From positions 3,782,001-3,846,000 of the forward strand of contig OZ024759.1 of assembly GCA_964016885.1 (NCBI GenBank): DNA of 64,000 nucleotides. Direction: 5' to 3'. The notes beneath the pieces are model-generated. The model did not search any database. It saw only the letters and a list, made by a program, of their open reading frames with translations, and had not been told where the DNA came from. The DNA comes from Eledone cirrhosa (lineage: Eukaryota). The position numbers and the translations under genes were made by a program. Of the stretch, positions 12,001 through 27,000 are shown piece by piece. The stretch's first letter is position 1; each line of letters starts with the position of its first letter.

Positions 12001-15000
12001 TACAGTGTCTGTGTGTCTACAATGCCTGTGTCTACAGTGTATGTGTGTCTACAGTGTCTGTGTCTACTGTGTCTACAGTGTCTGTGTCTACAGTGTCTGA
12101 GTCTACAATGTCTGTGTGTCTACAGTGTCTGTGTGTGTACAGTGTCTGTGTCTACAGTGTCTGTGTCTACAGTGTCTGAGTCTACAATGTCTGTGTGTCT
12201 ACAATGCCTGTGTCTACAGTGTCTGTGTGTCTGTGTCTACAGTGTCTGTGACTACAAAGCCTGTGTCTACAGTGTCTGTGTGTCTACAGTTTCTGTGTCT
12301 ACAGTGTCTGTGTCTGCAGTGTCTGAGTCTACAATGTCTGTGTGTCTACAGTGTCTGTGTCTACAGTGTCTGTGTGTCTACAGTGTCTGTGTGTCTACAA
12401 TGTCTGTGTGTCTACAGTGTCTGTGTGTCTACAATGTCGGTGTGTCTACAGTGTCTGTGTGTCTACAGTGTATGTGTCTACAGTGACTGTGTGTCTACAG
12501 TGTCTGTGTGTCTACAATGTTTGTGTGTCTACAGTGTCTCTGTGTCTACAATGCCTGTGTCTACAGTGCCTGTGTCAACAGTGCCTGTGTCTACAATGTC
12601 TGTGTGTCTACAGTGTCTGTGTGTCTACAGTGTCTGTGTGTCTACAGTGTCTGTGTGTCTACAGTGTCTGTGTGTCTACAGTGACTGTATATACAGTGTC
12701 TGTGTGTCTACAGTGTCTGTGTGTCTACAGTGTCTACAGTGTCTGTGTGTCTACAATATCTGTGTCTACAGTGTCTGTGTGTCTAAAATGTCTGTGTCTA
12801 CAGTGACTGTGTGTCTACAGTGTCTGTGTGTCTACAATGTCTGTGTGTCTACAGTGTCTGTGTGTCTACAGTGTCTCTGTGTCTACAATGCCTGTGTCTA
12901 CAGTGCCTGTGTCTACAATGTCTGTGTGTCTACAGTGTCTGTGTGTCTACAGTGTCTATGCCTAAGTGTCTGTGTGTCTACAGTGTCTGTGTCTACAGTG
13001 TCTGTGTGTCTACAGTGTCTGTGTGTCTACAATGTCTGTGTGTCTACAATGTCTGTGTGTCTACAATGTCTGTGTGTCTACAGTGTCTGTGTGTCTACAG
13101 TGTCTGTGTGTCTACAGTGACTGTATATACAGTGTCTGTGTGTCTACAGTGTCTGTGTGTCTACAGTGTCTGTGTGTCTACAATGCCTGTGTCTACAGTG
13201 TATGTGTGTCTACAGTGTCTGTGTCTACTGTGTCTACAGTGTCTGTGTCTACAGTGTCTGAGTCTACAATGTCTGTGTGTCTACAGTGTTTGTGTGTGTA
13301 CAGTGTCTGTGTCTACAGTGTCTGTGTCTACAGTGTCTGAGTCTACAATGTCTGTGTGTCTACAATGCCTGTGTCTACAGTGTCTGTGTGTCTGTGTCTA
13401 CAGTGTCTGTGACTACAAAGCCTGTGTCTACAGTGTCTGTGTGTCTACAGTGTCTGTGTCTACAGTGTCTGTGTCTGCAGTGTCTGAGTCTACAATGTCT
13501 GTGTGTCTACAGTGTCTGTGTCTACAGTGTCTGTGTGTCTACAGTGTCTGTGTGTCTACAATGTCTGTGTGTCTACAGTGTCTGTGTGTCTACAGTGTCG
13601 GTGTGTCTACAGTGTCTGTGTGTCTACAGTGTATGTGTCTACAGTGACTGTGTGTCTACAGTGTCTGTGTGTCTACAATGTTTCTGTGTCTACAGTGTCT
13701 CTGTGTCTACAATGCCTGTGTCTACAGTGCCTGTGTCAACAGTGCCTGTGTCTACAATGTCTGTGTGTCTACAGTGTCTGTGTGTCTACAGTGTCTGTGT
13801 GTCTACAGTGTCTGTGTGTCTACAGTGTCTGTGTTTCTACAGTGTCTGTGTGTCTACAGTGACTGTATATACAGTGTCTGTGTGTCTACAGTGTCTGTGT
13901 GTCTACAGTGTCTACAGTGTCTGTGTGTCTACAATATCTGTGTCTACAGTGTCTGTGTGTCTAAAATGTCTGTGTCTACAGTGACTGTGTGTCTACAGTG
14001 TCTGTGTGTCTACAATGTCTGTGTGTCTACAGTGTCTGTGTGTCTACAGTGTCTCTGTGTCTACAATGCCTGTGTCTACAGTGCCTGTGTCTACAATATC
14101 TGTGTGTCTACAGTGTCTGTGTGTCTACAGTGTCTATGTCTACAGTGTCTGTGTGTCTACAGTGTCTGTGTCTACAGTGTCTGTGTGTCTACAGTGTCTA
14201 TGTCTACAGTGTCTGTGTGTCTACAGTGTCTATGTCTACAGTGTCTGTGTGTCTACAGTGACTGTATATACAGTGTCTGTGTGTCTACAGTGTTTGTGTG
14301 TCTACAGTGTCTGTTTGTCTACAATGCCTGTGTCTACAGTGTATGTGTGTCTACAGTGTCTGTGTCTACTGTGTCTACAATGTCTGAGTCTACAATGTCT
14401 GTGTGTCTACAGTGTCTGTGTGTGTACAGTGTCTGTGTCTACAGTGTCTGTGTCTACAGTGTCTGAGTCTACAATGCCTGTGTGTCTACAATGCCTGTGT
14501 CTACAGTGTCGGGGTGTCTGTGTCTACAGTGTCTGTGTCTACAATACCTGTGTCTAGAGTGTCTGTGTGTCTACAGTGTCTGAGTCTACAATGTCTGTGT
14601 GTCTACAATGCCTGTGTCTACAGTGTCCGTGTGTCTGTGTCTACAGTGTCTGTGACTACAAAGCCTGTGTCTACAGTGTCTGTGTGTCTACAGTGTCTGT
14701 GTCTACAGTGTCTGAGTCTACAATGTCTGTGTGTCTACAGTGTCTGTGTCTACAGTGTCTGTGTGTCTACAGTGTCTGTGTGTCTACAATGTCTGTGTGT
14801 CTACAGTGTCTGTGTGTCTACAGTGTCTGTGTGTCTACAGTGTATGTGTCTACAGTGACTGTGTGTCTACAGTGTCTGTGTGTCTACAATGTTTGTGTGT
14901 CTACAGTGTCTCTGTGACTACAATGCCTGTGTCTACAGTGCCTGTGTCAACAGTGCCTGTGTCTACAATGTCTGTGTGTCTACAGTGTCTGTGTGTCTAC

Positions 15001-18000
15001 AGTGTCTGTGTGTCTACAGTGTCTGTGTCTACAGTGTCTGTGTGTCTACAATGTCTTTGTGTCTACAATGTCTGTGTGTCTACAGTGTCTGTGTCTACAG
15101 TGTCTGTGTGTCTACAGTGTCTGTGTCTACAGTGTCTGTGTGTCTACAGTGTCTGTGTGTCTACAGTGTTTCTGTCTACAGTGTCTGTGTGTCTACAGTG
15201 TCTGTGTCTACAGTGTCTGTGTGTCTACAGTGTCTGTGTGTCTACAATGTCTGTGTGTCTACAATGTCTGTGTGTCTACAGTGTCTGTGTGTCTACAGTG
15301 TCTGTGTGTCTACAGTGTCTGTGTGTCTACAGTGACTGTGTATCTACAGTGTCTGTGTGTCTACAATGCCTGTGTCTCTACATTGTCTGTGTCTACAGTG
15401 TCTGTGTGTCTACAATGTCTGTGTGTCTACAGTGTCTGTGTGTCTACAGTGTCTGTGTGTCTACAATGTCTGTGTCTCTACATTGTCTGTGTCTCTACAG
15501 TGTCTCTGTCTACAGTGTCTGTGTGTCTACAATGTCTGTGTGTCTACAATGTCTGTGTGTCTACAATGTCTGTGTGTCTACAATGTCTGTGTGTCTACAA
15601 TGTCTGTGTGTCTACAGTGTCTGTGTGTCTACAGTGTCTGTGTGTCTACAGTGTCTGTGTTTCTACAGTGTCTGTGTGTCTACAGTGTCTGTGTGTGTAC
15701 AGTGTCTGTGTCTACTGTGTCTACAGTGTCTGTGTCTACAGTGTCTGAGTCTACAATGTCTGTGTGTCTACAGTGTCTGTGTGTGTACAGTGTCTCTGTC
15801 TACCGTGTCTGAGTCTACAATGTCTGTGTGTCTACAATGCCTGTGTCTACAGTGTCCGTGTGTCTGTGTCTACAGTGTCTGTGTCTACAATACCTGTGTC
15901 TACAGTGTCTGTGTGTCTACAGTCTCTGAGTCTACAATGTCTGTGTGTCTACAATGCCTGTGTCTACAGTGTCCGTGTGTCTGTGTCTACAGTGTCTGTG
16001 AATACAATGCCTGTGTCTACAGTGTCTGTGTGTCTGTGTCTACAGTGTCTGTGTCTACAGTGTCTGAGTCTACAATGTCTGTGTGTCTACAGTGTCTGTG
16101 TCTACAATGTCTGTGTCTACAGTGTCCGTGTGTCTGTCTACAGTGTCTGTGTGTCTACAGTGTCTGTGTCTACAGTGACTGTGTGTCTACAGTGTCTGTG
16201 TGTCTACAATATGTGTCTACAGTGTCTGTGTCTACAGTGTCTGTGTGTCTACACTGTCTGTCTGTCTACAGTGTTTGTGTATCTACAGTGTCTGTGTGTC
16301 TACAATGTATGTGTGTCTACAGTGTCTGTGTGTCTACGTCTGTGTGTCTACAGTGTCTGTGTGTCTACAGTGTATGTGTCTCTACATTGTCTGTGTGTCT
16401 ACAGTGTCTGTGTCTACAGTGTCTGTGTGTCTACAGTGTCTGTGTGTCTACAGTGTCTGTGTGTCTACAGTGTCTGTGTGTCTACAGTGTCTGTGTCTAC
16501 AGTGTCTGTCTGTCTACAGTGTCTGTGTCTACAGTGTCTGTGTGTCTACAATGTCTGTGTGTCTACAATGTCTGTGTGTCTACAGTGTCTGTGTCTACAG
16601 TGTCTGTGTGTCTACAGTGTCTGTGTCTACAGTGTCTGTGTGTCCACAGTGTCTGTGTCTACAGTGTCTGTGTGTCTACAGTGTCTGTGTCTACAGTGTC
16701 TGTGTGTCTACAGTGTCTGTGTCTACAGTGTCTGTGTGTCTACAGTGTCTGTGTGTCTACAATGTCTGTGTGTCTACAATGTCTGTGTGTCTACAATGTC
16801 TGTGTGTCTACAGTGTCTGTGTGTCTACAGTGTCTGTGTATCTACAGTGTCTGTGTGTCTACAGTGACTGTGTGTCTACAATGTCTGTGTGTCTACAATG
16901 TCTGTGTCTACAGTGTCTGTGTATCTACAGTGTCTGTGTGTCTACAATGCCTGTGTCTCTACATTGTCTGTGTCTACAGTGTCTGTGTGTCTACAATGTC
17001 TGTGTGTCTACAATGTCTGTGTCTCTACAGTGTCTGTGTGTCTACAATGTCTGTGTGTTTACAATGTCTGTGTCTACAGTGTCTGTGTGTCTACAGTGTC
17101 TGTGTGTCTACAATATCTGTGTGTCTACAATATCTGTGTGTCTACAGTGTCTGTATCTACAGTGTCTGTGTCTCTACAGTGTCTGTGTCTACAATGTCTG
17201 TGTGTCTAAGGTGTCTGTGTGTCTACAGTGTCTGTGTGTCTACAATGTCTGTGTGTCTACAGTGACTGTGTGTCTACAGTGTCTGTGTGTCTAAAATGTC
17301 TGTGTCTACAGTTTCTGTGTGTCTACAGTGTCTGTGTGTCTACAATGTCTGTGTGTCTACAGTGTCTGTGTCTACAGTGTCTGTGTGTACAGTGTCTGTG
17401 TGTCTAAAATGTCTGTGTCTACAGTGACTATGTGTCTACAGTGTCTACAATGTTTGTGTGTCTACAGTGTCTCTGTGTCTACAATGCCTGTGTCTACAGT
17501 GCCTGTGTCTACAATGACTGTGTGTCTACAGTGTCTGTGTGTCTACAGTGTCTGTGTCTACAGTGTCTGTGTGTCTACAGTGTCTGTGTGTCTACAGTGT
17601 CTGTGTGTCTACAATGTCTGTGTGTCTACAGTGTCTGTGTGTCTACAGTGTCTCTGTGTCTACAATGCCTGTGTCTACAGTGCCTGTGTCTACAATGTCT
17701 GTGTGTCTACAGTGTCTGTGTCTACAGTGTCTGTGTGTCTACAGTGTCTGTGTGTCTACAATGTCTGTGTGTCTACAATGTCTGTGTGTCTACAATGTCT
17801 GTGTGTCTACAATGTCTGTGTGTCTACAATGTCTGTGTGTCTACAGTGTCTGTGTGTCTACAGTGACTGTATATACAGTGTCTGTGTGTCTACAGTGTCT
17901 GTGTGTCTACAGTGTCTGTGTGTCTACAATGTCTGTGTCTACAGTGTCTGTGTGTCTAAAATGTCTGTGTCTACAGTTACTGTGTGTCTACAGTGTCTGT

Positions 18001-21000
18001 GTGTCTACAATGTCTGTGTGTCTGTGTGTCTACAGTGTCTGTGTGTCTACAATGTCTGTGTGTCTACAATGTCTGTGTGTCTACAATGTCTGTGTGTCTA
18101 CAGTGTCTGTGTGTCTACAGTGTCTGTGTGTCTACAGTGTCTGTGTGTCTACAGTGACTGTATATACAGTGTCTGTGTGTCTACAGTGTCTGTGTGTCTA
18201 CAGTGTCTGTGTGTCTACAATGCCTGTGTCTACAGTGTATGTGTGTCTACAGTGTCTGTGTCTACTGTGTCTACAGTGTCTGTGTCTACAGTGTCTGAGT
18301 CTACAATGTCTGTGTGTCTACAGTGTCTGTGTGTGTACAGTGTCTGTGTCTACAGTGTCTGTGTCTACAGTGTCTGAGTCTACAATGTCTGTGTGTCTAC
18401 AATGCCTGTGTCTACAGTGTCTGTGTGTCTGTGTCTACAGTGTCTGTGACTACAAAGCCTGTGTCTACAGTGTCTGTGTGTCTACAGTTTCTGTGTCTAC
18501 AGTGTCTGTGTCTGCAGTGTCTGAGTCTACAATGTCTGTGTGTCTACAGTGTCTGTGTCTACAGTGTCTGTGTGTCTACAGTGTCTGTGTGTCTACAATG
18601 TCTGTGTGTCTACAGTGTCTGTGTGTCTACAATGTCGGTGTGTCTACAGTGTCTGTGTGTCTACAGTGTATGTGTCTACAGTGACTGTGTGTCTACAGTG
18701 TCTGTGTGTCTACAATGTTTGTGTGTCTACAGTGTCTCTGTGTCTACAATGCCTGTGTCTACAGTGCCTGTGTCAACAGTGCCTGTGTCTACAATGTCTG
18801 TGTGTCTACAGTGTCTGTGTGTCTACAGTGTCTGTGTGTCTACAGTGACTGTATATACAGTGTCTGTGTGTCTACAGTGTCTGTGTGTCTACAGTGTCTG
18901 TGTGTCTACAGTGTCTACAGTGTCTGTGTGTCTACAATATCTGTGTCTACAGTGTCTGTGTGTCTAAAATGTCTGTGTCTACAGTGACTGTGTGTCTACA
19001 GTGTCTGTGTGTCTACAATGTCTGTGTGTCTACAGTGTCTGTGTGTCTACAGTGTCTCTGTGTCTACAATGCCTGTGTCTACAGTGCCTGTGTCTACAAT
19101 GTCTGTGTGTCTACAGTGTCTGTGTGTCTACAGTGTCTATGTCTACAGTGTCTGTGTGTCTACAGTGTCTGTGTCTACAGTGTCTGTGTGTCTACAGTGT
19201 CTGTGTGTCTACAATGTCTGTGTGTCTACAATGTCTGTGTGTCTACAATGTCTGTGTGTCTACAGTGTCTGTGTGTCTACAGTGTCTGTGTGTCTACAGT
19301 GTCTGTGTGTCTACAGTGACTGTATATACAGTGTCTGTGTGTCTACAGTGTCTGTGTGTCTACAGTGTCTGTGTGTCTACAATGCCTGTGTCTACAGTGT
19401 ATGTGTGTCTACAGTGTCTGTGTCTACTGTGTCTACAGTGTCTGTGTCTACAGTGTCTGAGTCTACAAAGTCTGTGTGTCTACAGTGTCTGTGTGTGTAC
19501 AGTGTCTGTGTCTACAGTGTCTGTGTCTACAGTGTCTGAGTCTACAATGTATGTGTGTCTACAATGCCTGTGTCTACAGTGTCTGTGTGTCTGTGTCTAC
19601 AGTGTCTGTGACTACAAAGCCTGTGTCTACAGTGTCTGTGTGTCTACAGTGTCTGTGTCTACAGTGTCTGTGTCTGCAGTGTCTGAGTCTACAATGTCTG
19701 TGTGTCTACAGTGTCTGTGTCTACAGTGTCTGTGTGTCTACAGTGTCTGTGTGTCTACAGTGTCTGTGTGTCTACAATGTCTGTGTGTCTACAGTGTCTG
19801 TGTGTCTACAGTGTCGGTGTGTCTACAGTGTCTGTGTGTCTACAGTGTATGTGTCTACAGTGACTGTGTGTCTACAGTGTCTGTGTGTCTACAATGTTTG
19901 TGTGTCTACAGTGTCTCTGTGTCTACAATGCCTGTGTCTACAGTGCCTGTGTCTACAATGTCTGTGTGTCTACAGTGTCTGTGTGTCTACAGTGTCTGTG
20001 TGTCTACAGTGTCTGTGTGTCTACAGTGTCTGTGTTTCTACAGTGTCTGTGTGTCTACAGTGACTGTATATACAGTGTCTGTGTGTCTACAGTGTCTGTG
20101 TGTCTACAGTGTCTGTGTGTCTACAATATCTGTGTCTACAGTGTCTGTGTGTCTAAAATGTCTGTGTCTACAGTGACTGTGTGTCTACAGTGTCTGTGTG
20201 TCTACAATGTCTGTGTGTCTACAGTGTCTGTGTGTCTACAGTGTCTCTGTGTCTACAATGCCTGTGTCTACAGTGCCTGTGTCTACAATGTCTGTGTGTC
20301 TACAGTGTCTGTGTGTCTACAGTGTCTATGTCTACAGTGTCTGTGTGTCTACAGTGTCTGTGTCTACAGTGTCTGTGTGTCTACAGTGTCTGTGTGTCTA
20401 CAGTGTCTATGTCTACAGTGTCTGTGTGTCTACAGTGTCTATGTCTACAGTGTCTGTGTGTCTACAGTGACTGTATATACAGTGTCTGTGTGTCTACAGT
20501 GTTTGTGTGTCTACAGTGTCTGTTTGTCTACAATGCCTGTGTCTACAGTGTATGTGTGTCTACAGTGTCTGTGTCTACTGTGTCTACAGTGTCTGAGTCT
20601 ACAATGTCTGTGTGTCTACAGTGTCTGTGTGTGTACAGTGTCTGTGTCTACAGTGTCTGAGTCTACAATGCCTGTGTGTCTACAATGCCTGTGTCTACAG
20701 TGTCCGTGTGTCTGTGTCTACAGTGTCTGTGTCTACAATACCTGTGTCTAGAGTGTCTGTGTGTCTACAGTGTCTGAGTCTACAATGTCTGTGTGTCTAC
20801 AATGCCTGTGTCTACAGTGTCCGTGTGTCTGTGTCTACAGTGTCTGTGACTACAAAGCCTGTGTCTACAGTGTCTGTGTGTCTACAGTGTCTGTGTCTAC
20901 AGTGTCTGAGTCTACAATGTCTGTGTGTCTACAGTGTCTGTGTCTACAGTGTCTGTGTGTCTACAGTGTCTGTGTGTCTACAATGTCTGTGTGTCTACAG

Positions 21001-24000
21001 TGTCTGTGTGTCTACAGTGTATGTGTCTACAGTGACTGTGTGTCTACAGTGTCTGTGTGTCTACAGTGTCTCTGTGACTACAATGCCTGTGTCTACAGTG
21101 TCTGTGTGTCTACAGTGTCTGTGTGTCTACAGTGTCTGTGTCTACAGTGCCTGTGTGTCTACAATGTCTTTGTGTCTACAATGTCTGTGTGTCTACAGTG
21201 TCTGTGTCTACAGTGTCTGTGTGTCTACAGTGTCTGTGTCTACAGTGTCTGTGTGTCTACAGTGTCTGTGTGTCTACAGTGTCTGTGTCTACAGTGTCTG
21301 TGTGTCTACAGTGTCTGTGTCTACAGTGTCTGTGTGTCTACAGTGTCTGTGTGTCTACAATGTCTGTGTGTCTACAATGTCTGTGTGTCTACAATGTCTG
21401 TGTGTCTACAGTGTCTGTGTGTCTACAGTGTCTGTGTGTCTACAGTGACTGTGTATCTACAGTGTCTGTGTGTCTACAATGCCTGTGTCTCTACATTGTC
21501 TGTGTCTACAGTGTCTGTGTGTCTACAATGTCTGTGTGTCTACAGTGTCTGTGTGTCTACAGTGTCTGTGTGTCTACAATGTCTGTGTCTCTACATTGTC
21601 TGTGTCTCTACAGTGTCTGTGTCTACAGTGTCTGTGTGTCTACAATGTCTGTGTGTCTACAATGTCTGTGTGTCTACAATGTCTGTGTGTCTACAATGTC
21701 TGTGTGTCTACAATGTCTGTGTGTCTACAGTGTCTGTGTGTGTACAGTGTCTGTGTCTACTGTGTCTACAGTGTCTGTGTCTACAGTGTCTGAGTCTACA
21801 ATGTCTGTGTGTCTACAGTGTCTGTGTGTGTACAGTGTCTGTGTCTACAGTGTCTGAGTCTACAATGTCTGTGTGTCTACAATGCCTGTGTCTACAGTGT
21901 CCGTGTGTCTGTGTCTACAGTGTCTGTGTCTACAATACCTGTGTCTACAGTGTCTGTGTGTCTACAGTCTCTGAGTCTACAATGTCTGTGTGTCTACAAT
22001 GCCTGTGTCTACAGTGTCCGTGTGTCTGTGTCTACAGTGTCTGTGAATACAATGCCTGTGTCTACAGTGTCTGTGTGTCTACAGTGTCTGTGTCTACAGT
22101 GTCTGAGTCTACAATGTCTGTGTGTCTACAGTGTCTGTGTCTACAATGTCTGTGTCTACAGTGTCCGTGTGTCTGTCTACAGTGTCTGTGTGTCTACAGT
22201 GTCTGTGTCTACAGTGACTGTGTGTCTACAGTGTCTGTGTGTCTACAATATGTGTCTACAGTGTCTGTGTCTACAGTGTCTGTGTGTCTACACTGTCTGT
22301 CTGTCTACAGTGTTTGTGTATCTACAGTGTCTGTGTGTCTACAATGTATGTGTGTCTACAGTGTCTGTGTGTCTACGTCTGTGTGTCTACAGTGTCTGTG
22401 TCTCTACATTGTCTGTGTGTCTACAGTGTCTGTGTCTACAGTGTCTGTGTGTCTACAGTGTCTGTGTGTCTACAGTGTCTGTGTGTCTACAGTGTCTGTG
22501 TGTCTACAGTGTCTGTGTCTACAGTGTCTGTCTGTCTACAGTGTCTGTGTCTACAGTGTCTGTGTGTCTACAATGTCTGTGTGTCTACAATGTCTGTGTG
22601 TCTACAGTGTCTGTGTCTACAGTGTCTGTGTGTCTACAGTGTCTGTGTCTACAGTGTCTGTGTGTCCACAGTGTCTGTGTCTACAGTGTCTGTGTGTCTA
22701 CAGTGTCTGTGTCTACAGTGTCTGTGTGTCTACAGTGTCTGTGTCTACAGTATCTGTGTGTCTACAGTGTCTGTGTGTCTACAATGTCTGTGTGTCTACA
22801 ATGTCTGTGTGTCTACAATGTCTGTGTGTCTACAGTGTCTGTGTGTCTACAGTGTCTGTGTATCTACAGTGTCTGTGTGTCTACAGTGACTGTGTGTCTA
22901 CAATGTCTGTGTGTCTACAATGTCTGTGTCTACAGTGTCTGTGTATCTACAGTGTCTGTGTGTCTACAATGCCTGTGTCTCTACATTGTCTGTGTGTCTA
23001 CAATGTCTGTGTGTCTACAATGTCTGTGTCTCTACAGTGTCTGTGTGTCTACAATGTCTGTGTGTTTACAATGTCTGTGTCTACAGTGTCTGTGTGTCTA
23101 CAGTGTCTGTGTGTCTACAATATCTGTGTGTCTACAATATCTGTGTGTCTACAGTGTCTGTATCTACAGTGTCTGTGTCTCTACAGTGTCTGTGTCTACA
23201 ATGTCTGTGTGTCTAAGGTGTCTGTGTGTCTACAGTGTCTGTGTGTCTACAATGTCTGTGTGTCTACAGTGACTGTGTGTCTACAGTGTCTGTGTGTCTA
23301 AAATGTCTGTGTCTACAGTTTCTGTGTGTCTACAGTGTCTGTGTGTCTACAATGTCTGTGTGTCTACAGTGTCTGTGTCTACAGTGTCTGTGTCTACAGT
23401 GTCTGTGTGTCTAAAATGTCTGTGTCTACAGTGACTGTGTGTCTACAGTGTCTACAATGTTTGTGTGTCTACAGTGTCTCTGTTTCTACAATGCCTGTGT
23501 CTACAGTGCCTGTGTCTACAATGACTGTGTGTCTACAGTGTCTGTGTGTCTACAGTGTCTGTGTCTACAGTGTCTGTGTGTCTACAGTGTCTGTGTGTCT
23601 ACAGTGTCTGTGTGTCTACAATGTCTGTGTGTCTACAGTGTCTGTGTGTCTCTGTGTCTACAATGCCTGTGTCTACAGTGCCTGTGTCTACAATGTCTGT
23701 GTGTCTACAGTGTCTGTGTCTACAGTGTCTGTGTGTCTACAGTGCCTGTGTGTCTACAATGTCTGTGTGTCTACAATGTCTGTGTGTCTACAATGTCTGT
23801 GTGTCTACAATGTCTGTGTGTCTACAATGTCTGTGTGTCTACAGTGTCTGTGTGTCTACAGTGTCTGTGTGTCTACAGTGTCTGTGTGTCTACAGTGACT
23901 GTATATACAGTGTCTGTGTGTCTACAGTGTCTGTGTGTCTACAGTGTCTGTGTGTCTACAATGTCTGTGTCTACAGTGTCTGTGTGTCTAAAATGTCTGT

Positions 24001-27000
24001 GTCTACAGTTACTGTGTGTCTACAGTGTCTGTGTGTCTACAATGTCTGTGTGTCTACAGTGTCTGTGTGTCTACAGTGTCTGTGTGTCTACAGTGTCTGT
24101 GTGTCTACAGTGACTGTGTGTCTACAATGTCTGTGTGTCTACAATGTCTGAGTGTCTACAATGTCTGTGTGTCTACAATGTCTGTGTGTCTACAGTGCCT
24201 GTGTCTACAGTGCCTGTGTCTACAATGTCTGTGTGTCTACAGTGTCTGTGCCTACAATGCCTGTGTCTACAATGCCTGTGTCTACAGTGTCTGTGTGTCT
24301 ACAGTGTCTGTGTCTACAGTGTCTGAGTCTACAATGTCTGTGTGTCTACAGTGTCTGTGTCTACAGTGTCCGTGTGTCTGTCTACATTGTCCGTGTGTCT
24401 ACAGTGTCTGTGTCTACAGTGTCTGTGTGTCTACAGTGTCTGTGTCTACAGTGTCTGTGTGTCTACGTCTGTGTGTCTACACTGTCTGTCTGTCTACAGT
24501 GTTTGTGTGTCTACAGTGTCTGTGTGTCTACAATGTCTGTGTCTACAGTGTTTGTGTGTCTACAGTGTCTGTGTGTCTACAGTGTCTGTGCCTACAGTGT
24601 CTGGGTGTCTACAATGTCTGTGTGTCTACAGTGTCTGTGTGTCTACAGTGTATGTGTCTACAGTGACTGTGTGTCTACAGTGTCTGTGTGTCTACAATGT
24701 TTGTGTGTCTACAGTGTCTCTGTGTCTACAATGCCTGTGTCTACAGTGCCTGTGTCAACAGTGCCTGTGTCTACAATGTCTGTGTGTCTACAGTGTCTGT
24801 GTGTCTACAGTGTCTGTGTGTCTACAGTGTCTGTGTTTCTACAGTGTCTGTGTGTCTACAGTGACTGTATATACAGTGTCTGTGTGTCTACAGTGTCTGT
24901 GTGTCTACAGTGTCTACAGTGTCTGTGTGTCTACAATATATGTGTCTACAGTGTCTGTGTGTCTAAAATGTCTGTGTCTACAGTGACTGTGTGTCTACAG
25001 TGTCTGTGTGTCTACAATGTCTGTGTGTCTACAGTGTCTGTGTGTCTACAGTGTCTCTGTGTCTACAATGCCTGTGTCTACAGTGCCTGTGTCTACAATG
25101 TCTGTGTGTCTACAGTGTCTATGTCTACAGTGTCTGTGTGTCTACAGTGTCTGTGTCTACAGTGTCTGTGTGTCTACAGTGTCTGTGTGTCTACAGTGTC
25201 TATGTCTACAGTGTCTGTGTGTCTACAGTGTCTATGTCTACAGTGTCTGTGTGTCTACAGTGACTGTATATACAGTGTCTGTGTGTCTACAGTGTTTGTG
25301 TGTCTACAGTGTTTGTGTGTCTACAGTGTCTGTTTGTCTACAATGCCTGTGTCTACAGTGTATGTGTGTCTACAGTGTCTGTGTCTACTGTGTCTACAGT
25401 GTCTGAGTCTACAATGTCTGTGTGTCTACAGTGTCTGTGTGTGTACAGTGTCTGTGTCTACAGTGTCTGTGTCTACAGTGTCTGAGTCTACAATGCCTGT
25501 GTGTCTACAATGCCTGTGTCTACATTGTCCGTGTGTCTGTGTCTACAGTGTCTGTGTCTACAATACCTGTGTCTAGAGTGTCTGTGTGTCTACAGTGTCT
25601 GAGTCTACAATGTCTGTGTGTCTACAATGCCTGTGTCTACAGTGTCCGTGTGTCTGTGTCTACAGTGTCTGTGACTACAAAGCCTGTGTCTACAGTGTCT
25701 GTGTGTCTACAGTGTCTGTGTCTACAGTGTCTGTGTCTACAGTGTCTGAGTCTACAATGTCTGTGTGTCTACAGTGTCTGTGTCTACAGTGTCTGTGTGT
25801 CTACAGTGTCTGTGTGTCTACAGTGTCTGTGTCTACAGTGTCTGTGTGTCTACAGTGTCTGTGTGTCTACAGTGTCTGTGTGTCTACAGTGTCTGTGTGT
25901 CTACAGTGTCTGTGTCTACAGTGTCTGTCTGTCTACAGTGTCTGTGTCTACAGTGTCTGTGTGTCTACAATGTCTGTGTGTCTACAATGTCTGTGTGTCT
26001 ACAGTGTCTGTGTCTACAGTGTCTGTGTGTCTACAGTGTCTGTGTCTACAGTGTCTGTGTGTCCACAGTGTCTGTGTCTACAGTGTCTGTGTGTCTACAG
26101 TGTCTGTGTCTACAGTGTCTGTGTGTCTACAGTGTCTGTGTCTACAGTATCTGTGTGTCTACAGTGTCTGTGTGTCTACAATGTCTGTGTGTCTACAATG
26201 TCTGTGTGTCTACAATGTCTGTGTGTCTACAGTGTCTGTGTGTCTACAGTGTCTGTGTATCTACAGTGTCTGTGTGTCTACAGTGACTGTGTGTCTACAA
26301 TGTCTGTGTGTCTACAATGTCTGTGTGTCTACAATGTCTGTGTCTCTACAGTGTCTGTGTGTCTACAATGTCTGTGTGTTTACAATGTCTGTGTCTACAG
26401 TGTCTGTGTGTCTACAGTGTCTGTGTGTCTACAATATCTGTGTGTCTACAATATCTGTGTGTCTACAGTGTCTGTATCTACAGTGTCTGTGTCTCTACAG
26501 TGTCTGTGTCTACAATGTCTGTGTGTCTAAGGTGTCTGTGTGTCTACAGTGTCTGTGTGTCTACAATGTCTGTGTGTCTACAGTGACTGTGTGTCTACAG
26601 TGTCTGTGTGTCTAAAATGTCTGTGTCTACAGTTTCTGTGTGTCTACAGTGTCTGTGTGTCTACAATGTCTGTGTGTCTACAGTGTCTGTGTCTACAGTG
26701 TCTGTGTCTACAGTGTCTGTGTGTCTAAAATGTCTGTGTCTACAGTGACTGTGTGTCTACAGTGTCTACAATGTTTGTGTGTCTACAGTGTCTCTGTGTC
26801 TACAATGCCTGTGTCTACAGTGCCTGTGTCTACAATGACTGTGTGTCTACAGTGTCTGTGTGTCTACAGTGTCTGTGTCTACAGTGTCTGTGTGTCTACA
26901 GTGTCTGTGTGTCTACAGTGTCTGTGTGTCTACAATGTCTGTGTGTCTACAGTGTCTGTGTGTCTACAGTGTCTCTGTGTCTACAATGCCTGTGTCTACA

